A stretch of DNA of 64,000 nucleotides from Candidatus Aenigmatarchaeota archaeon (GCA_016187335.1 JACPJW010000001.1:448001-512000), one strand, 5' to 3'; shown: positions 9,361 through 17,564, counted from the first letter of the stretch. Notes: a model not told the origin generated them from the sequence alone. Made by a program: numbers and translations.

Positions 9361-10572
9361 ATGGATTATCGCCTTTCAATACTTTTAGCTGCGGCATGCC
9401 TGCTTCTGCTGTCCTTCGTTTCCAGAGGAGAAACAACCGGCAATGTAAGCATCTCAACGCAGGGAAATATTTCCCCGTCAACAGGGGTTTACGGATATGT
9501 AGCTCCCGGCGGATGCAACAGCAACGCGGAGTGCTACGACTATAAATGCTTCCAGGATTTTTTGGTGCCATCCGGAAACAAGACCGGCAGGTGCGACGTC
9601 CCGGCAACCACAAAATGCTTTCACAGCGGGACAGGCTATTCAACCGGCACTTATTATTGCTCGGCTAACACATCGTATTACCGGTGCGATACAGGCGGCA
9701 ACGGAAGCTGGACAGGCGCGTTTTCGTGCTCGTCAGGCCAGACGTGTTCTGTTGATAGTACGTCGTCTTCAGCCCCTTGCTCAACATCGTCGCCTTCAAG
9801 CAGCTCAAGCAGCAGCGGAGGCGGAGGCACAGCAATAAAGAAAGCCTCTGTCCAGCTTGTCTCGGGCATAGCCGGCTTTGAAATTTATCAGGAGGAAGAT
9901 GTCAACAAAACGGTTATCGTGAAAAACAACGGCGATTATGTCCTTGGCAATGTCTACCTTGACATACAGGGAATTCCTTTTGCTTCCGTCCTTACGGGCA
10001 GCAGCGAGATCAATTTGTCAAAAAATTACAACTTCACCGTGTCTTTCATGCCCAAAAACTCTACTGAAATCAGGACGTACCCCGCCAATGCAACGGTTTA
10101 TACCAACTTCACCAATACGACGGCAAACTTTTCCTTCACAGTCAAAGTACTCCCAAGCAACAGGACCGTTTCAGAGTCAATCATTCCCGCGTACGCAGAA
10201 TATATCAACCTTTCTCTGGAATACGAAAAGAACGTAACGGCCCTGGAAAAGGAAGGGCATAACCTCACGGATGCGAGGGCGATTCTTACGACAATAAAGG
10301 CAAAGATGCAGGACATCAACCAGTCGATATCCAAGAAGGACTACTTTTCTGCTGCATCCCAGATCAGCGAGGTGAAGGTTCTTTTTGATGAGCTCCAGAA
10401 AACCATTTCAAAATCCGAAAAGCCGAAAGGAACGGATATAATAATTTATCTGGCCGTCGCCGCTGCCATTCTGGTGGCAGTTATTCTGGCCTACCTTCTG
10501 TGGCCGTCAAAGCAGCAAAGAAGAGTTTTTCAGGGCCAGCAGTATTCGCAAGCAGCAGTAATTAAGCAATAG
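9361..10572 (+). CDS. Membrane-anchored surface protein (Cys-rich module, Ser/Gly linker, Ig/CARDB-like domain, coiled coil, C-terminal TM)
   Basis: Signal peptide, Cys cluster, SSSSSSGGGG linker, and the hydrophobic IIIYLAVAAAILVAVILAYLLWP segment. Confidence 0.75.
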   Translation: MDYRLSILLAAACLLLLSFVSRGETTGNVSISTQGNISPSTGVYGYVAPGGCNSNAECYDYKCFQDFLVPSGNKTGRCDVPATTKCFHSGTGYSTGTYYCSANTSYYRCDTGGNGSWTGAFSCSSGQTCSVDSTSSSAPCSTSSPSSSSSSSGGGGTAIKKASVQLVSGIAGFEIYQEEDVNKTVIVKNNGDYVLGNVYLDIQGIPFASVLTGSSEINLSKNYNFTVSFMPKNSTEIRTYPANATVYTNFTNTTANFSFTVKVLPSNRTVSESIIPAYAEYINLSLEYEKNVTALEKEGHNLTDARAILTTIKAKMQDINQSISKKDYFSAASQISEVKVLFDELQKTISKSEKPKGTDIIIYLAVAAAILVAVILAYLLWPSKQQRRVFQGQQYSQAAVIKQ

Positions 10573-10927
10573 AGATCCGGCCGGCGTCAGCGGCTGGTGG
10601 TTTCTTTCCCTGAACCGACCTTTCTGCGGCAAACTTGCAGAGGATGACAAATCTGCTGTTCAGTTCGCCGCGGTCAAGCTTGTTTTCAAAAATCACGGAA
10701 GCCAGTTTTCTCGCCTCTGAAATTATTTCGTCGTTGGAAAAAACCCTGTCGTTTTTCCCCCTTATCCTGCGCAGGTATTGCGATATTGCCGGCTGCGATA
10801 TTCCCATCAGCCTTGCGGCCTCGCTCTGGTTAAGATTGTAGCCCTCAATAAGCTCTCTGGCTATCAATGATCTCAGAGACGGAACTATTTCGCTGGCAAT
10901 CAGTTCCCATTCAATTTTCATTTTCAA
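10562..10927 (-). CDS. HTH transcriptional regulator (archaeal COG2522-like)
   Basis: IVPSLRSLIARELI...NQSEAARLMGISQPAISQY HTH motif. Confidence 0.8.
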   Translation of the reverse strand: MKMKIEWELIASEIVPSLRSLIARELIEGYNLNQSEAARLMGISQPAISQYLRRIRGKNDRVFSNDEIISEARKLASVIFENKLDRGELNSRFVILCKFAAERSVQGKKPPAADAGRISIA

Positions 10928-10999
10928 TCACCGATGCAAGGAGAAGCAAAGCTTCTATGATAAGAGATTGAAACAAACGTTTTTAAGCCTGATAAGTTT

Positions 11000-11107
11000 C
11001 TAGAATTTTATTATACCGAGGGCTATGAGGCCTGTCACCAGAACGATGGCCGTTATGAGTATCCAGAAATAAGTGTAAACGTAATCATGCGTCGACTTTT
11101 CTTTCAT
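11000..11107 (-). CDS. 35-aa single-TM peptide resembling a pilin-type N-terminus
   Basis: Translates MKEKSTHDYVYTYFWILITAIVLVTGLIALGIIKF. It fills the intergenic gap co-directionally with its neighbours. Confidence 0.5.
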   Translation of the reverse strand: MKEKSTHDYVYTYFWILITAIVLVTGLIALGIIKF

Positions 11108-11162
11108 AATCAGAACCCATCATGTTAATTAATTTTATTTAGTCGGTTCCGGTACCTCCGAC

Positions 11163-11687
11163 TTATTTCTTCATCATCAGGGGCTCCCCTTTTTCAGGGT
11201 AATGCACGTCAATCAGCTCGTAATCCTGCAGTACGCGGGCCCACTGCTCTACAAGGCCTTCATGGACGCCGAATTTCTTCGCGGCGTCTTTCAGTTTCAC
11301 CTTTTTGTTTTTCATCACCAGGTCAAACAGCTCGTCCAGAGGCGCCTTGTAATCCTTCTTCAAATCAGCAATAACCTTTTCATTGCTCACGATGCCTTCC
11401 TTGGCGACTCTTTCAAAGAACTTTGCATTATCAATGATTATCTGCTTTGCAGGCTTGACAATGCTTTCTTTTACCGGCTCTGAAATGCTTGGCAGCTTTC
11501 TCAGAATATCCTTGTATCTTTCAAGAAGAAAATCCCTGTCGCTTTTCAGCTCGATGTTTTCTTTTTTCAGCTTGATTATAGTATCCTTCATGATGGAGAA
11601 GGATTCCTCCATGCGCTGCATCCTCCTGTTCATTTCCCTTTCAAGTCTGGCAATTTTTTTTTCGGCGTCGTCAGCGAATAGAGGCAT
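11163..11687 (-). CDS. Coiled-coil protein with a C-terminal winged-HTH-like domain
   Basis: N-terminal heptad repeats. C-terminal LDELFDLV...DAAKKFGV...VEQWARVL. Confidence 0.65.
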   Translation of the reverse strand: MPLFADDAEKKIARLEREMNRRMQRMEESFSIMKDTIIKLKKENIELKSDRDFLLERYKDILRKLPSISEPVKESIVKPAKQIIIDNAKFFERVAKEGIVSNEKVIADLKKDYKAPLDELFDLVMKNKKVKLKDAAKKFGVHEGLVEQWARVLQDYELIDVHYPEKGEPLMMKK

Positions 11688-11747
11688 AAGAAAAAATTCT
11701 TTTGATATTTTTTAAAGCTTATAACGAACGGGAGCGAACACATATGC

Positions 11748-12548
11748 ATGTACGTTGTCAAGGCCGACGGCCGGCGCGAGACTTTCAGCAAAGAGAAAAT
11801 AATAAATACATGCCTCAAGGCCGGAACCGACAGGAAGAAGGCTGAGGAAATATCAGGAAAAGTTTTTTCGTCCGTCAAAGACGGGATTGCCACGAAGGAA
11901 ATATACAGAATGATTCTGAATCTTCTTGAAAAAGCGAGCCATAGGTCATCTTTCTTTTTCCGCCTCAGGGACGCAATAGCAAAGCTCGATTCTGAAAGCT
12001 ATGAACTCTATGTAAAAGAGCTTTTGGAATCCATGGGCTACAAATGCTCGTGGAATAAAATCATTGCCGGAAAATCCGTGGAGCATCAGGTTGATATTGT
12101 TGCAAAAAACGCGAAAGGCAGAATGTTTCTTGTTGAATGCAAAAGGCACGTGAACCCCCACAGGTTCTGCGGCCTGGGCGTCATTTTGCAGGTCCAGGCG
12201 CGCCTTGAGGACATAGATGACGGCTTCGAATCAGGGAAAAATAATTGCAGGTTTGACCAGGCGTGGATATTCAACAACACGAAATTCTCGGAGCACGCAA
12301 AGCAGTACGCTGCGGCAAAAAATATCCTCCTGAGCGGATGGGGGTACAAAGGAAGCATTTCTATAGAAAAGCTTGCTGGCAGGAACAGGATATATCCCGT
12401 GACGCTGCTGAAAGCAGACAATTCAACAATACAGCAGCTGCTCCGTCAGAAAATAATCACGGTGGAGGATGTCCTGAAAGAAAAGATAAGCATGCCGAAG
12501 AGCGTTGCCGATGAGCTCAGGAAGCAGGCACGTATCATTCTTTCTTAA
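11748..12548 (+). CDS. ATP-cone + Mrr-like PD-(D/E)xK endonuclease
   Basis: MYVVKADGRRETFSKEKI ATP cone, and QVDIVA...LVECKRH nuclease motif. Confidence 0.8.
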   Translation: MYVVKADGRRETFSKEKIINTCLKAGTDRKKAEEISGKVFSSVKDGIATKEIYRMILNLLEKASHRSSFFFRLRDAIAKLDSESYELYVKELLESMGYKCSWNKIIAGKSVEHQVDIVAKNAKGRMFLVECKRHVNPHRFCGLGVILQVQARLEDIDDGFESGKNNCRFDQAWIFNNTKFSEHAKQYAAAKNILLSGWGYKGSISIEKLAGRNRIYPVTLLKADNSTIQQLLRQKIITVEDVLKEKISMPKSVADELRKQARIILS

Positions 12549-12573
12549 AAATTATCTGTGCAGTTATTAGCAG

Positions 12574-12678
12574 GCCGGCGTCGCATAATCTGGTGGTGCA
12601 CTGATTGCATGCGAAGCAAGTGTATGTCTCGAAAACCAGCGGGCTCTGCCCATGCAGGTTCAAATCCTGCCGCCGGCG
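12574..12678 (+). tRNA. tRNA-Ser(CGA) with a 22-nt intron at 29/30 (12604-12625)
   Basis: GCCGGCG/CGCCGGC acceptor stem, CTG|GT-CTCGAAA-ACCAG anticodon arm, long variable arm, GCAGG-TTCAAAT-CCTGC T arm. BHB central helix GCAC/GTGT. Confidence 0.9.
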
Positions 12679-12682
12679 CTTT

Positions 12683-13150
12683 ATGATAGAAATAAAACTA
12701 GCTGCTGAAAAGGATAGGCAAGGCTTTGAAAATCTGGCTGCAGAAAGAGACAAAGAAATAAGGCAGCGCAGGGCAAAAAATTACTGGGGCAAAAAATTCA
12801 CGAAGCTTGTCATGGAAAAGAGGCTGGTAATTAGCCTTGACAAAGGCAAGCCATCAGGATTTCTTTATTTTACATTCGAATTTATCGACTATCCTGCGGC
12901 GTACGTTGAGCTTATTTTTGTTTCAAAGAAGAGCCGGAGAAAGGGTTCAGCCTTGTATTTGTTGAATAGATTCGAGCGGCTCGCGTCAGAAAACGGTTTT
13001 GTCAATGTATTTTCCAGCACAAATCCAAGCAACAGGATCTCGCTGAAATTGCACAAGAAGCTCGGCTACAAAGAATGCGGCTTTATCTACGGCATAGAAA
13101 ACAGGCGCAGCAAGGAGATTTTTCTCTCAAAAGAACTGAAAAAAACCTAA
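12683..13150 (+). CDS. GNAT family N-acetyltransferase
   Basis: VELIFVSKKSRRKGSA acetyl-CoA-binding motif and NRISLKLHKKLGY. Confidence 0.85.
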   Translation: MIEIKLAAEKDRQGFENLAAERDKEIRQRRAKNYWGKKFTKLVMEKRLVISLDKGKPSGFLYFTFEFIDYPAAYVELIFVSKKSRRKGSALYLLNRFERLASENGFVNVFSSTNPSNRISLKLHKKLGYKECGFIYGIENRRSKEIFLSKELKKT

Positions 13151-13191
13151 ACTTCCTTTTTAAGTTTTGAAACAAGTTCTTAGTATTTCAT

Positions 13192-13451
13192 GCCGGGATA
13201 CCGAAATCAGGTCTCTCAAGATAAGAGTGAAGAAATTCACGATGATTGCCTTTCATTGGTAAACGGGCCAGTGCAGTTCCGCTTCAAAGAAGCGGTGCGG
13301 CCAACCTTGAGAGCTGGTGCGCCTTCGGCGCGTGGGGGTTCAAAGCACCCTTTCTTTTTGCAAAAGAAAGCGTGCGCGGAAAGAAAAGCAACTTTTCAGA
13401 AAAGTTGCATCAAAAATAAAGGAAAGGGCTGTGAAATTCCCTCTCCCGGCG
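13192..13451 (+). tRNA. tRNA-Ser(TGA) with three introns (13209-13256 D-loop, 13272-13304 at 30/31, 13345-13437 at 59/60)
   Basis: Spliced product has GCCGGGA/TCCCGGC acceptor, CCAG|C-CTTGAGA-GCTGG anticodon arm, GCGCC/GGCGC variable arm and GGGGG-TTCAAA|T-CCCTC T arm. BHB central helices GAAA/TTTC, GGCC/GGCC and TTCA/TGAA. Confidence 0.9.
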
Positions 13452-13505
13452 CTTTTTTCTTGAAGATGCAAGAAGCTTTTAAAATAACCATTTCTAATTA
13501 TAAAC

Positions 13506-14030
13506 ATGGCAAGCGATTTTTACCGCCAGCTGGGGTCAGGCGTTGCCAGCCTGACGTTCGGCGTTGCGCTTTCCGTATTCATTTACGCTGCCGCTTCTGG
13601 TGCGGCAAGCAGCCTGCAGTCATGGCTGCTCTTTGCGGCATCGTTCCTGCTGATGCTCAGGTTCTGGTGGCGGTACAGCGAACTTTTCGTGCAGTTCCTG
13701 CCGTCCCGCACGTTTTCGCATTTCCTGTTTGACTTTGCGATTTCATTCTTCGGCATTCTGGCAGTGCTTTTTGTAAGCGCTATGCAGACATGGGCAGCCT
13801 TGGGGGCACTGGCTATGCTTTCAAGCGCGATACGATGCAGGCTTTCGTGGAACGAAGCATCCAAGGATGTAAAGGCAAAGCTGAAAAGAACTTTTGCAGG
13901 AGCATTGGCGATGCTTTTTGTCTTCGCTGCGATATACGCCCTTGCACCGGTCTTTGATCAGATTTTGCTTGCTGCATTAGTATTTCTCATAGTTCTGCTG
14001 TTCGTTGTTTACGCCTCAAGAAAGCCGTGA
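13506..14030 (+). CDS. Multi-pass membrane protein of unknown function
   Basis: Five to six hydrophobic segments, clean ORF. Confidence 0.75.
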   Translation: MASDFYRQLGSGVASLTFGVALSVFIYAAASGAASSLQSWLLFAASFLLMLRFWWRYSELFVQFLPSRTFSHFLFDFAISFFGILAVLFVSAMQTWAALGALAMLSSAIRCRLSWNEASKDVKAKLKRTFAGALAMLFVFAAIYALAPVFDQILLAALVFLIVLLFVVYASRKP

Positions 14031-14038
14031 TTTTGAAA

Positions 14039-14054
14039 TCTCCCGGCGCTTTTT
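14039..14054 (+). repeat. 16-bp direct repeat of the tRNA-Ser(TGA) 3' end
   Basis: TCTCCCGGCGCTTTTT occurs at 13442-13457 and 14039-14054. Confidence 0.75.
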
Positions 14055-14141
14055 ATATTCTGAAGAATATATGTCAGCCAAGACAAAAGTATTTAAATCT
14101 TTAATCACTAATAAGTAGTATCAAAATTATGAGGTGTGGAT

Positions 14142-14399
14142 ATGGTAGAACATTTCATTGGAAAGATATCAACTCAAGTTCTTACGGATTTAAATAGAGG
14201 CAGGGATACGTGGGAAGTTCCATATGAAGCCGTGATTTATGTAAAGGAAGGTCCAGAAGCATGTGGACAGGTTCTTGGAATAGTTCCGGGACTTAGCCCT
14301 GATATGAGAATGCGTACAATGAGCGTTTATGCAGGCAGAAAATTCGTGTCAAAGCCTTCAGAACACGGCTACAAAGATATTTTCGAAATCGTGGAATAG
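14142..14399 (+). CDS. Hypothetical protein
   Basis: GAGGTG SD at 14131-14136 ahead of the ATG. Confidence 0.6.
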   Translation: MVEHFIGKISTQVLTDLNRGRDTWEVPYEAVIYVKEGPEACGQVLGIVPGLSPDMRMRTMSVYAGRKFVSKPSEHGYKDIFEIVE

Positions 14400-14600
14400 A
14401 AATTTTCTAACGTAAAACAAAAACGTTGATTATTTTACAATTCTCTTTTTTATTTCACTATTTATCTTTCTTTTATTTCAAATTATAAAATTCTTTGATT
14501 AATTCTTCAAAATCCCGTGCTTCTCTCGTGCTTTCTGCGTAATTTGCGCCTTGGAAAATCTTTATTAATGGGTTTTTACAAGAACTATAAAGGTGAAGAA

Positions 14601-15236
14601 ATGGTATCCCAGATAGTAGATGTATTATCTCAGTTTACCGTTGGTACAGTGTCTTTCCTGCCAAGCCTGGTTGCTGCCGTCATTCTTCTGGTCATCGGCT
14701 TGGTTGTTGGAAAAATAGTGGGAAGGGTAGTCAAGGAAGCCTTGGAAAAGCTGAAGGTTGACTACTACGTTTCGGAAACCAAGAAGCCCGTTGTGATGCT
14801 GAGCGATTTGTTCGCCCTCATAGCAAGATGGTGGATATACCTTGCGTTCGTAACGGCGGCTTTGTCCACGAACGTTCTTGGCATACCGTCATTGGCGTTG
14901 TGGGTTTCTGAAATCAATGCATTCATCCCGCGAATCATCGGCGCAGCCGTGATTCTGATTTCGGGCTACATCCTGGCTGAGTACATCAGGGGTCACTTGG
15001 TGTCATTGAAGAAACTCTATGCAGAGGTTGTCGGCAAGATGCTATTCTTCTTCGTCATGTACGTGGCGCTTGCGCTTGCCCTGCCTATTCTAGGGGTTTC
15101 AGCAATCCTGGTGAACAACATCCTGATAGTAATCATAGCCTCGATAGGGCTTGCAATGGCAATAGCCCTGGGCCTGGGATTGAAGGACGCTGTTTCTGAC
15201 GTTTCCAAGAGATATGTCAAAAAGCTGAAAGTTTGA
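14601..15236 (+). CDS. CmpX-like / MscS TM-helix-repeat membrane protein
   Basis: FLPSLVAAVILLVIG and FIPRIIGAAVIL repeats, and AIALGLGLKD. Confidence 0.8.
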   Translation: MVSQIVDVLSQFTVGTVSFLPSLVAAVILLVIGLVVGKIVGRVVKEALEKLKVDYYVSETKKPVVMLSDLFALIARWWIYLAFVTAALSTNVLGIPSLALWVSEINAFIPRIIGAAVILISGYILAEYIRGHLVSLKKLYAEVVGKMLFFFVMYVALALALPILGVSAILVNNILIVIIASIGLAMAIALGLGLKDAVSDVSKRYVKKLKV

Positions 15237-15266
15237 TTTTTTTGCTTTCATTTCAATTTTTCATTT

Positions 15267-15611
15267 CTAATGACTAGGCCGCCAAGCAATGGGATTGAGG
15301 CCTGATATTTCCCACCATGAAAAATCCTTGCCGGTTAAAATTTCCCTCGGGTCGTGTATTCCCGCTTTTCCGGAATGAACCGGCAGTTCTACCCCTTCCA
15401 GTTCCTGCTCACTTACAACACAGTAGTGTTCGTCGGATCTGGCGTGGCTGAATACAAGCCTGATTGAAGCAATCCCCGGAGCGATATACCCTTTATCCCA
15501 TAATTGCTGGTACGGCTCAAGCCCTCTGAAAGCAAAGGGAAGGTTCGTCTCCCTGCGGTTTTTCAGATAATTTTCAATAGTTCCGTCCCTTTCAGGTTTA
15601 TAAAATGGCAT
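15267..15611 (-). CDS. Hypothetical protein
   Basis: 114-aa ORF that fills the gap with no competing feature. Confidence 0.5.
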   Translation of the reverse strand: MPFYKPERDGTIENYLKNRRETNLPFAFRGLEPYQQLWDKGYIAPGIASIRLVFSHARSDEHYCVVSEQELEGVELPVHSGKAGIHDPREILTGKDFSWWEISGLNPIAWRPSH

Positions 15612-15653
15612 ACCCTTAGTTCTTAAGAATTAAGCATAAATAGAAATCTTGAC

Positions 15654-15834
15654 GCGATGGTAGTCTAGGAACCCTTTTTCTCGTTGCGCTCGAAAAAGCG
15701 TTCACGGAAAATGGGTTGGAAGATGGTAGGATACAACCTTGCCAACGGCCCTTTTCAAAAAGCGCCGGCGGAAAATGCAAACAGGTTGAGAGGCGAAAGC
15801 CCGACAAACCCGGGTTCAAATCCCGGCCGTCGCA
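15654..15834 (+). tRNA. tRNA-Gly(GCC) with three introns (15670-15722 D-loop, 15745-15782 at 37/38, 15791-15807 variable loop)
   Basis: GCGATGG/CCGTCGC acceptor, CAACC-TTGCCA|A-GGTTG anticodon arm, AG|AC variable loop, CCGGG-TTCAAAT-CCCGG T arm. BHB central helices TCTA/TGGA, TTGC/GCAA and GTTG/CGAC. Confidence 0.9.
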
Positions 15835-15928
15835 TAAACAAGAAAAAAATAGCCGGAAACAAGGGTCCCAGTCAGGCAACGCATCTCAATTATTTATATA
15901 GCCCCCTGACAAATATTGTATTGATATC

Positions 15929-16411
15929 ATGTTCTTCAAAAAGAAAGACAATTACGAGGAAATAAAGCGCGCCGTTGAAGAGCCTGTTTCTTCCGAGCCG
16001 ACATTGCAGGACCTGGAAATAGAGGACCTGCCGCCGGAAATGCGCTACGACAAGAATTATGCGGAGCCCCGGGACAGCGCGCCTCTTTTCGTCAAGGTGG
16101 AGAAGTACAAGGAACTGATAGGCCTCATACAGGAAATGCGGGCATTTACAAACGGATTGAAGCAGACGTTTTCTGTGATACACGAGTCTGATGCGCTGCG
16201 CAACGATGCCGTTAAAATCATGCGCACGACGGTCCAGCGGCTGGACAAGACCTTGGCAGAAATTGACAGCGAGCTGGTAAGGCCGCGCGGCATTGACATG
16301 GAAAAGCCGCCTTACGCCGGCAGCGAAATGAAATACATTGAAGGATCGCTGTCAGAATTGCAGCGCCATTTGGCTGTTTTGCGCAAGGATCTGCAGGAAA
16401 TGAAGGAATGA
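15929..16411 (+). CDS. Coiled-coil hypothetical protein
   Basis: PLFVKVEKYKEL followed by long heptad repeats. Confidence 0.65.
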   Translation: MFFKKKDNYEEIKRAVEEPVSSEPTLQDLEIEDLPPEMRYDKNYAEPRDSAPLFVKVEKYKELIGLIQEMRAFTNGLKQTFSVIHESDALRNDAVKIMRTTVQRLDKTLAEIDSELVRPRGIDMEKPPYAGSEMKYIEGSLSELQRHLAVLRKDLQEMKE

Positions 16412-16460
16412 TCAGGTTATCTGGTTCTTAAATATTTCATCAAAAATTACTACATTCAGT

Positions 16461-16732
16461 GCGGCCGTCGCCAAGAGGCCCTTTTTAGAAAAAAGCGTCT
16501 ACGGAAAAACTAAAAAGCGTCTGGAAATCTGGTCAAAGGCGCGGGTTTCACTTGAGTGTTGATGCGCAAGCAGGTGAAAGCGTAACTCAAGGCAGCTGAC
16601 GAGGCTGACGCACTTCGTGCGTCATGCTGTTTGATATCCCGTCGGTTAGTCCGTTCGGCGGTTCGAATGCACCCTTTCTTAGAAAGAAAGCGTGCACGGA
16701 AAGAAATGGTGCCGAAAATCCGCCCGGCCGCA
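16461..16732 (+). tRNA. tRNA-Leu(CAA) with four introns (16476-16527 at 15/16, 16546-16584 at 30/31, 16592-16635 at about 37/38, 16668-16718 at 59/60)
   Basis: Spliced sequence GCGGCCG TC GCCAAG|TCTGGTCAAAGGC G CGGG|A CTCAAG|A TCCCG TCGGTTAGTCCGTTC GGCGG TTCGAA|T CCGCC CGGCCGC A is a standard archaeal Leu cloverleaf. The 59/60 BHB is perfect and the others are relaxed. Confidence 0.88.
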
Positions 16733-16790
16733 TTTATTCAATTTTCGCTTCACCAAAACCCTTAAAACCGCTCACTTTAAAGTAGCAACC

Positions 16791-17564
16791 ATGGATGAGT
16801 ACCTGCTGACAGTGGGCATCGGCGTATTGATTCTTGCGCTCCTGCTGCTGATAACGAATGCCCAGTTCATAACCGGCGCCGCCCCTTCAAGGCAGCTTGT
16901 CCCGGCTACGAGCGTTTTTGACCTTGGCAGTTTCAGCTCAACCTTCGTCAAGGAAACGAAAACTTATGATTTGGGCAGCAAGGAAGTGTCTAATGGTGTT
17001 TTGTTTGGCGAAAACAAGCTGGAGTTCCACGCAGAAGCGCCTGAGATCGAATCAGCACTGGTAAAATTCCGTGTCGCGCGCATGAATGACCTGGGACCTC
17101 TTTTCGTGAAGTACAACGGCGACGTCGTTGAAAAAAAGCGCTACGCTGCGGGGGATTATGCCGTAAGAGTGCCAAAAGAAATGCTTAACGAATCAAGCAC
17201 CATTGAAATGTCTGCTTCATCATCGCTTTGGCAGTTCTGGGCGCCCAATATCTACAGCCTCAGGAATATAAATCTTATAGTGAAATCCTTTGATTTCAGC
17301 CCCGCGGAGCTTAACTTCACGCTTGGCGAGGAATACACAACGCTGAAGCAGGGAAGGATTGAGTTCAGCTTAGAAGAAAACACTGGAAGAATGGCTGTTG
17401 TTCTCAACGGGAAAGAAATCATGAATGATTTTGCGCGCAACGAGCAGTCCGTGCCATTCAGCAAAGAGGAAGCGAGAGCAGGGGAAAACAAAATAAGGAT
17501 TGTGCCGCTGCAGGGCTCGCGCTTCAGCGGAACTGCGCATGTTGTCGTGTTTTGGGAGAAATAG
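16791..17564 (+). CDS. N-terminally anchored beta-sandwich surface protein
   Basis: Hydrophobic N-terminus from ATG 16791. The track's 16692 start lies inside the tRNA intron. Confidence 0.7.
   Translation: MDEYLLTVGIGVLILALLLLITNAQFITGAAPSRQLVPATSVFDLGSFSSTFVKETKTYDLGSKEVSNGVLFGENKLEFHAEAPEIESALVKFRVARMNDLGPLFVKYNGDVVEKKRYAAGDYAVRVPKEMLNESSTIEMSASSSLWQFWAPNIYSLRNINLIVKSFDFSPAELNFTLGEEYTTLKQGRIEFSLEENTGRMAVVLNGKEIMNDFARNEQSVPFSKEEARAGENKIRIVPLQGSRFSGTAHVVVFWEK

Noticed and set aside
13190-13732. 180-aa ORF in the track
   Set aside because: It runs across the intron-containing tRNA-Ser and out of frame into the next gene, so it is an artefact.
15616-15965. Three short ORFs over tRNA-Gly(GCC)
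   Set aside because: The tRNA explains the region and the ORFs have no protein motifs.
16572-16610. GAAA ... CTGACGAG in the Leu introns resembles a hammerhead ribozyme core
   Set aside because: Stems II and III cannot be formed around the core and there is no suitable UH cleavage site.
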